From: Octopus vulgaris
Lineage: Eukaryota
Direction: 5' to 3'
Assembly: GCA_951406725.2 (NCBI GenBank)
Contig: OX597815.1
Span: 94,488,001 to 94,552,000, forward strand
Length of the DNA stretch: 64,000 nt
Shown: positions 55,628 to 64,000 of the stretch, piece by piece
Position numbering within the stretch: the first letter of the stretch is position 1
Layout: each line of letters starts with the position of its first letter
Position numbers and translations under genes: made by a program
The notes under the pieces: generated by a model
What the model was told of the DNA's origin: nothing
What the model saw: only the letters and a program-made list of their open reading frames with translations
The model's database searches: none

Positions 55628-55816
55628 CTTTTACTTGCTTCAGTCATTTGACTGTGGCCTTCTGGAGCACCGCCTTTAGTCGAGCAAATCGACCCCGGGA
55701 CTTATTTATTCTTTGTATGCCTAGTACTTATTCGACGGGGACATAAACACACCAGCATCGGTTGTCAAACGATGTTGGGGGCACAAACACAGGCACACAA
55801 ACGTATACACGCACAC

Positions 55817-55886
<70 letters not shown>

Positions 55887-56012
55887 TACGACGGGCTTCT
55901 TTCTGTTTCCGCCTACCAAATCCACTCACAAGGCTTTGGTCGGCTCGAGGCTATAGTAGAAGACACTTACCCAAGGTGCAACGCTGTGGGACTGAGTCCG
56001 GAACCATGTGGT
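55628..56012 (-). mobile_element. SINE family A copy
   Basis: Homology to 9258-9670. Confidence 0.8.
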
Positions 56013-56639
56013 TCGTGTGTGATATCATGATTAATTTTCCATTTCTTTGAGGTGAAAAAAGAAATTTTTGAGAACTTATTTTGTTGGCATTCATTAAAAA
56101 TGGCTACTAGACATGGAGATTCTAACTCCGCTATCCTTCATATGATGTACATAGTTCTGAGGTCCTATATTCTGATCAAATCTATTTCTCGGTATTTACA
56201 TTTGGTACAATTTCTCCATTTGTCCTTGATGAATTTCGTCGTCTGTTGGAAATGATACTTCGATTAGAATACACTTCATTTCCTGTCTACTTCGGCAACA
56301 ATATCCTGTCGATAATTGTTTATCCATGTATCTGCGTGGGATACCATATTCCAGCTATATTGTAGTACATAGTTAAAGCCTATACGACATAAATCCAAAT
56401 CTGGCGCGATCGAGTTAACATTTTCTTTTTCGGGTTTTGTAAAATTAGTACCGGTCAATTTGAGAGTTAATTAAATCGACTGTGTACCCACAATAAGACG
56501 TCTATCCATTAGACTTATAAGAAATAACAATAAACTTTAGTGTAATGTCCTGGATAGTGCATTAGGTAATGTATTATCAAGAATAAAATAAGTCGATGTA
56601 TTTGGTTACAATACCATATATTTTGAGTTCAAATCCTAT

Positions 56640-56875
56640 ATCTATTTCTTTACTACCCACAAGGGGCTAAACACAGAGGCGACAAACAAGGATAGACAAA
56701 CGGATTAAGTCGATTATATCGACCCCAGTGTGTAACTGGTACTCATTTAATCGACCCCGAAAGGATGAAAGGCAAAGTCGACCTCGGCGGAATTCGAACT
56801 CAGAACGTAACGGCAGACGAAATACCGCTAAACATTTCGCCCGTCGTGCTAACGTTTCTGCCAGCTCACCGCTGA
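56640..56875 (-). mobile_element. SINE-like family B copy
   Basis: Homology to 1510-1725. Confidence 0.75.
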
Positions 56876-58188
56876 GTTCAAATCCCATATCGGACAGCTT
56901 TCACTTTTATCTTGGCAAATTCGATTACATAATATCTGGATAAGCATTTGCATCTCTTTAATCTGTTATACGCTCTTCTAACAAAAGAATCGGTAGAATA
57001 CCGAAAGAATATCCTAGTGATATTTTATTGCATTACTTTAAGTTCTTAATTAATAAGCACGCATAGTTTGACTTTCATCCTTTTCAGGGCCGATATAAAC
57101 ATTTCAGGCTGAAGTTCTTGTGTCGGCTTAATCGACTACTAGTGAGAAAGAATGATGTTCCACAGATGTTAGAAATAATAGTAATTTTTTTATCAGAGAA
57201 TATCTTCTCTCCATCTTAACACCAAAGACATTGTGTGTAAGGAAGATTTGTAAATCAGTAAAATGAAATCTTGTATTTGAGTAATAATTAATGAAGTGAA
57301 CAAGATTTATCAAAAGTGTCCACTTCACTAATAGTATTTCATTGTTTTAGTTTAAGGAACATAAGTGCTGTACACAAAATATTAAGAGTACATCTTGACC
57401 TCTAGAAGTAACCATTTGGATAAGGGTAGCTAGGAGCTTCCTACAATATATTTCAGATTTAACATGATTTATTTTAGACTAAGAAATCAATGGCATTAAA
57501 AGCGAAATGGAAAACCATAACATTCTAACGTTAATGGAGCAGAAATTTAAATATGGCAATGATGTGATGGACTTTATGTCATCTAGAAAAGCGGAAACTC
57601 TTTGAAATTACTGTTCAGAATTTTCTAAAGCATCAAAAAGGCGAGGTATTTCTTATTCTGTAAACCATTCAATCAATGAAAAACCATAAATATAAGGTTA
57701 TTTTTATGCAGGTTTATATATATAATTTTCTCTTCTGCTTTCATAATACACACAGGTATGTGCATATTTTTCCATACATCTACCGAATATTCATATAGAT
57801 TTTGTTAGCAGCTGAAAGATTTTTTCAAAATTAACAGTATATCTTTTTTTTTATATTTTCGTCTCATATAATTGGCCAGAATTATGTATGTATGTATGTA
57901 TGTATGTATGTATGTATGTATGTATGTATGTATGTATGTATGTATGTATGTATTATGTATGTATGTATGTTTGTTTGTATGTATGTATGCACGTATGTAT
58001 ATATGTATGTATGTATATACATACACATATGTGGGTATATATTTAATAATAATAATAATAATAATAATAATGATCAATATATATGTATACATACATATAT
58101 ATATGCATACATACATATATATATATGCACACACACACAAACATATATATATACATACGCACACATACATATATACATACATACACAT

Positions 58189-58238
<50 letters not shown>

Positions 58239-58286
58239 AATATTTTTGCACACTCACGTACAAATATAGCCCTCTTACCCTCTCTC

Positions 58287-58335
<49 letters not shown>

Positions 58336-58826
58336 GTGTGTGTGTGTGCGTGTGCGTATGTGTGTGCTTATGTATATGTCAGAGTGTCGTATAGTATGTC
58401 TTGTAATATAAATTCCTGCGCAATGCATCGTGAGTTCAAATCCTGTCCAAATCATCTTTGTCTTTCAACCTTTAGGAGGAGATAATTAAAGTATCAGTCA
58501 AGGGCAGTAGATTATCAGAATTACAAGAGCCCCATGAAAAGCACATTGTAGGAACCGTTCTAGCTGCTTGTATTCTATTTTCAAATTCTCTACTTATATC
58601 TACCGTAATATTAAGGATATTGTCTATGTTATGTATGGTGGCATCGATTTCAATGCAATATATTAGCCTGACCGCATACAACTAATGTGGCATTACTTTC
58701 TAACTGCCCAATGCAGGAATTTCATCGATAAATACACGTACATATACGTGTCCATATGGATATATAGATGAAAACATTCTGATGCACACGCAGCACACAT
58801 ACATACGCTACGCACACACAAACACA

Positions 58827-58872
<46 letters not shown>

Positions 58873-59089
58873 CACACCTACACACCCACAAACACACACC
58901 CACATACTCACGCGCGCGCACTCATATTTAAATATATTTCCGAAAAAATTCTTGTTACAGTCACAATATTGCAAAAAAGGATTTCAAATCAATATTTATT
59001 GACTATATAAAAAGTGGTTTTGAAAGTTTCTTTTTATATAACTGGTAAATTTTAATTTAAGATCTTTTATTTAGTATGTATATGTATAT

Positions 59090-60567
59090 CGTGCAAACGA
59101 GCCCTTGCAAAACAGCTACAGCTTCTTTTTCAGAGCTTCCTTGCAAGTGGTAAGTTCCCAGTCAAATTGAAAGAGGGGGTAATATGCCCTATCCATAAGG
59201 GAGGTAGCAGAGCAGATGCTAAAAATTATAGGCCTATCTCTCTGACCTCACACATCAGCAAAGTCATGGAACGAATAGTCCGCAAGAAACTAATCATGTT
59301 CCTTGAAGAAAATGACTTGTTGTCTGACACCCAGCATGGATTTCGACCAGGTAGAAGCTGCCTAACACAGCTCCTGCAACACTATGACTGGGTGTTAAAA
59401 CAGCTACTAAATGGCTCAAATGTGGATGTAATATATCTCGACTTTGCAAAAGCCTTTGATAAAGTCGGCCATGGTATGATCTGTCACAAGCTGCGTGGTC
59501 TCGGCATAGGCGGAAAATTCGAGAGTGGCTGCACAACTTCCTAAAAGACAGAAGACAGGCAGTTGTGAGCAATGGAGCCACCTCCAAGGAAACACAAATA
59601 ACAAGCGGTGTTCCACAGGGTACTGTCTTGGGGCCACTGCTGTTCATAGTGGCCCTTTCAGACATGCCTTCAGTTGCTACGATGGCCACCCTTGCTAGCT
59701 ATGCAGATGACACAAAAGTCTCCCACACAATACAAAACCCTGAAAATATTGCGCATCTGCAACAGGAGTTGGATAAAATATACAGGTGGGCGGAGGACAA
59801 CAACATGCAGTTTAATGCAGGTAAGTTCCAGGTCCTGCGCTACCGGTACACAAAGGTAAACGACGTGAAGACTGGATACACTGGCCCAGGAAGAATTGCA
59901 ATCCCTGAGTCAAAATCAGTGCGTGACCTAGGCATTGACATGAGCAATGATGCATCTTTCCAAGTGCATATTACTAATCTGGTGATAAAATGCAGACGGC
60001 TAGCTGGATGGATACTCCGAACTTTCAGAACGAGAGAGAAGGAGACACAATGCAAAATATCAGCTACTGGGAAAGACTGAAAGTATTAAACCTCTTCTCC
60101 CTAGAGCGGAGGCGGGAGAGATATGCGGTGGTATACAACTGGAAAATCCTGGAGGGTCTTGTCCCAAACTTTGGCATTCAAAGTTACCCCAACCGCAGAA
60201 CGGGGCGCCACTGCATGGTACAAAAGATTCCAACATCACCATCAAAATACAGGACCAGATACTGCAACAGCTTGGGTTTCAGAGGACCACAGCTCTTTAA
60301 CATCCCCCCTAAATGCCTAAGAGACTTACATGGTGTGGATGTGGGTTTCTTTAAAACTAAACTGGATCTCTTCTTGTCGGGAGTCCCAGATGAACCTACC
60401 TCACGACAGGAGACGCAGATGCGGGCAGCAGCATCGAATTCCCTTGTTGATCAAGTGCCACGTATCAGAGGTGGATTCACATATTAGTGTAGCTCATTCA
60501 GCGGTGGTGCCCCAGCATGGCCGCGGCCTTCGGGCTAAAACATTTTTAAGGATTTAAGGATTTAAGG

Positions 60568-60570
<3 letters not shown>
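59090..60570 (+). mobile_element. 5'-truncated CR1-type LINE (RT and 3' end) with frameshift and internal deletion
   Basis: NYRPISLTSHISKVMERIV, QHGFRPGRSCLTQLL, YLDFAKAFDKV, SGVPQGTVLGPLLF, YADDTK, LERRRER. Ends in about three copies of an 8-bp ATTTAAGG tail. Confidence 0.9.
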
Positions 60571-60598
<28 letters not shown>

Positions 60599-60608
60599 TA
60601 TATGTAAA

Positions 60609-60903
60609 CTAGCAGTATCGCCCGGCGTTGCTCGGGTTTGTAAGGGAAATAACTATATAAGCATTTATAGAGAGTTACTTCCCTTATATAAACCGAGCGA
60701 AAATGCTTTAAAAATGCGGAAAAATTATGGTAATTTTTTTTTTCAAATCGTAGACTCATCGTAGACGCGCGCTAATACCCAGAAGGGCTCGATATGAATC
60801 ACGACTATAAGATACCCGCTTTTGGTTAAACTGCACCGCAAAATGTGTAGTTAGGAATCTAAATCGTAGGAGACAGACACAACTTCACTTTTATATATAA
60901 AGA
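60609..60903 (-). mobile_element. Short non-autonomous Helitron (295 bp)
   Basis: Same 5' TC end and 3' hairpin plus CTAG as 34048-34911, without the helicase fragment. Confidence 0.88.
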
Positions 60904-60984
60904 TATATATATATACACAAATAAATAAATAGATAAATAAATAAATATATATATATATTCTTTCTTTCTTTCTTTCTTTTCTTT

Positions 60985-61377
60985 CTTTTACTTGTTTCAG
61001 TCATTTGACTGCGGCCATGCTGGAGCACTGCCTTTTAGTCGAGCAAATCGACCCCGGGACTTATTCTTTGTAAGCCCAGTACTTATTCTATCGGTCTCTT
61101 TTTGCCGAACCGCTAAGTTACGGGGACGTAAACACACCAGCATTGGTTGTCAAGCAATGCTAGGGGGACAAACACAGACACACAAACACACACACATATA
61201 TATATACATATATACGACAGGCTTCTTTCAGTTTCTGTCTACCAAATCCACTCACAAGGCATTGGTCGGCCCGGGGCTATAGCAGAAGACACTAGCCCAA
61301 GATGCCACGCAGTGGGACTGAACCCGCAACCATGTGGTTGGTAAGGAAGCTACTTACCACACAGCCACTCCTGCGCC
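60985..61377 (-). mobile_element. SINE family A copy, full length
   Basis: High similarity to 9258-9670. Confidence 0.88.
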
Positions 61378-61385
61378 TATATATA

Positions 61386-62184
61386 TTGGGTTGGCAACTA
61401 AGTTCCAGACGTTTTCATAAATTTTGGAATTTATTGCGGTTTTAAATGTGGGAATCTATTGTTTTCGAGAATTCTATTTTTGAATCATTTTGGAATCTAT
61501 TTAGTATTTTTTCTAGTTAATTTCTTTACCGAATCGTTACTGGCGACAAAAATGGTGCCTGTACATCAATAATGAAGCAGCGTAAGGAATGGCTTAGCTC
61601 CGGTAAACAAGCGACACCGCTCGTGAAAGAAGATCTTCATCCGCTTAAAACGATGTTGTGCGTAAGGTGGGACTGAGAAAGGATTATCCATTACGAAGTG
61701 TTAGAATGGAACCAAACGGTCAACGCGGAACTCTGTGTTCAACAGATGGAACGACTCAACACGACTATTCAAGAGAAAAGACCTAATCGTCAGCATGGAG
61801 TTCTACTGCTGCACGACTACGCCCGCCCTCATATTGCCAATATGACCAAGGAAGCCATTCAAACGCATGGCTGGAAAGTGCTGCCACACCCGCCGTACTC
61901 TCTTGATATGGCACCAACGGATTTCTACCCTTTTCGATCTCTTTCAAATGCTATGCGCGGAGTTTCGTTCAATACTGATGTAGAATTGAGAGCTTGGTTG
62001 AATCAATTTATCGAGACGAAATCGGGTGATTTTTACCAACGAATTATTGAAAATCTTGTTGAACGTTTGGAAGTAGTTGTAAACAACAAAGGCGATTACA
62101 TTATTGATTAATTAGTTGTTATTTATTTTATTAAACCTTCTAAAAAATTTAAATTAAAAAACGGCGGGAACTTAGTTGCCAACC

Positions 62185-62187
<3 letters not shown>
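61386..62187 (+). mobile_element. Mariner transposon, internally deleted, with TIRs and TA flanks
   Basis: TIR TTGGGTTGGCAACTAAGTTCC / GGAACTTAGTTGCCAACCCAC flanked by TA. Transposase motifs IVTGD (~61533), LLHDYARPH and HPPYSLDMAPTDF (ORF 61698..62111). Confidence 0.92.
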
Positions 62188-62238
<51 letters not shown>

Positions 62239-63504
62239 TCCTTATGCAGAGTCTGACCACTTCTTGTACCTATATCTTAGATCTATCATGGTGTCTGATG
62301 TGGGGTTTTTATGTCTAGAGCCTCAAAAAAAAAAAAAAAACATGGTACAAGACTTCTTATGAAGGTGAAGTCTTTCAAGACTCAAAACTTTTCATACATT
62401 CCTTGTATATGTCTATATCTATATATATGTATACTCTTTATGCAGAGTTTGACCACTTCTTGTACCTACATCTCAGATCCATCATGGCGTCTGATGTGGC
62501 TTTTAAAACCAGATAATGTATTGAAAAGACACCCACATAGATTGCATATCCGATTTGGACCACTAAGAACACGTGCGATTAAATTCTGATCTGTGTGGAT
62601 CTTAAAATGCCTTTTGAGGTGTCCTTTAGATTTGCAAACCCTATGGCATAATCACATTTGTGTGTGTATAACTATATTTTTTAAAGACTATAGAATCCAT
62701 ATTGTAAGCACAGAGACCAGTGTTCAAGAAAATGAAGTAAACAATTAAAAATCAGTAATTAAGTAAAAGAAAAATGATATATAACTATAAATAAAAGTTA
62801 TTTGACAATAATTATGGATTTTTTGTGCATTCTGTTGCTTTTTTTTTCTCTCAACAACAGCTGGAAAACGAGTCTGTTTGACGAATTTAGTGCCGTTTAT
62901 ACTCATATAGTTACAACAATCAACCGCTGAATCTGTGACAGGAGCCACAACTTTGCCCATGTACATTTTCAAATTTAGTTTTAGGGACTCTGTACATCGA
63001 TTTTGAACATCGCTCCGACAGAACGCTTATCAATAACAAATTAGCAATAAAGCATTGTTAAGAAAATGCGACCGTTTGCATGCCATTCAACGACTATATC
63101 TGCGAAGGTGACGAAGCTTTACTAATGCCTGCATACCACTGATTTTGCAATGAGATAGGACTTCATATTGGGTATCATTTACTGCAACTTGATCTTATGT
63201 TGGGGGAAGTTTCAATAAAAGCAATGTTCACTCATTCAAGATAGGTATACGAAATGTTTAAAGATAAGAAACAGATTGTGTGTAGACAGCAGCCGACGGG
63301 TAAGTGAAAGAAAAGATTTGGGATTGACAGGAGAAAAGAAATGAAAATAAAAATCGAGATACGAGAATATTTATGAGGTATAGGTAAATATTCATGCTAG
63401 AAAAATTCGATAACTAGTAACTTGTAAATTTCAAATTTTAACATTGATTTTATTCTAAGCAAATTTAGTGTAACAAGGAATTCTATATAAGTGTATATTC
63501 TTTA

Positions 63505-63712
63505 TTCTTTTATTTGTTTCAGTCATTTGACTGCAGCTATGCTGAAACACCACTTTAAAGGGTGTTTGTCGAAGAAATCGACTCTATGACATTCATTGTA
63601 AGCCTAGTACTTATTATATCGGTTCATTATGCCAAACCGCTAATATTATGGGGAAATAAACACACACTAGCATCGGTTGTCAAGCGATGACGGGAGAACA
63701 CAGACTCAGATA
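63505..63712 (-). mobile_element. SINE family A, 3' half
   Basis: Homology to the 3' half of 9258-9670. Confidence 0.75.
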
Positions 63713-63728
63713 TATATATATATATATA

Positions 63729-64000
63729 CTAGCAGTATCGCCCGGCGTTGCTCAGGTTTGTAAGGGAAATAACTATAAAGCATTTTTAGAGAGTTATAGC
63801 CCAAAAATAGCAAAAAAATGGAAATAAAATGATGGTAAATTTTTTTTGAGAGTTAAAAAAGGTGGAGTTGCGTCCCCTAGACGGTCCGTGGTTTGGGTTT
63901 CTGATTCTCGACCCCATGTCGAATTTATCGATTTTTTTCAGAACTGGGGGAACTTTTCAAAATTTTCGCTGCGTTAGTTTTGAATTATGACATTGGGCTA
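63729..64000 (-). mobile_element. Helitron 3' end (element continues beyond the window)
   Basis: CTAGCAGTATCGCCCGGCGTTGCTC.GGTTTGTAAGGGAAATAACTAT, as at 60609. Confidence 0.85.

Overview
AT-rich eukaryotic DNA, intergenic or intronic, packed with microsatellites and transposons. The SINE and microsatellite landscape resembles a cephalopod (octopus-like) genome; that is an inference. No intact host protein-coding gene is visible, and most ORFs in the track are microsatellite artefacts. Recognisable elements: an APE endonuclease LINE fragment (1-540), a degenerate R4/Dong-like RLE retrotransposon (~5.2-8.55 kb), a hAT/Charlie-like fragment, a Penelope-like GIY-YIG remnant, a probable Chapaev3-like transposase remnant, a near full-length L1/Tx1-type retrotransposon (24.13-29.94 kb), several co-oriented Helitrons, a CR1-type LINE, a deleted mariner, many tRNA-derived SINEs and several fold-back elements. 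The most unusual object is the L1/Tx1-type element. It has no poly(A) tail, is bounded by 124-bp near-identical direct repeats, and carries a type I hammerhead ribozyme (HHR) fold right after its AATAAA and just before the 3' repeat. That architecture is typical of Penelope-like elements and retrozymes, not L1-clade LINEs, and could reflect a circular or tandem RNA template. About eight further hammerhead-like folds were read by eye, including ones with very long stem II inserts and a G3-C8 core-swapped variant inside a ~255-bp palindrome. All folds were paired manually and none was computed or tested.
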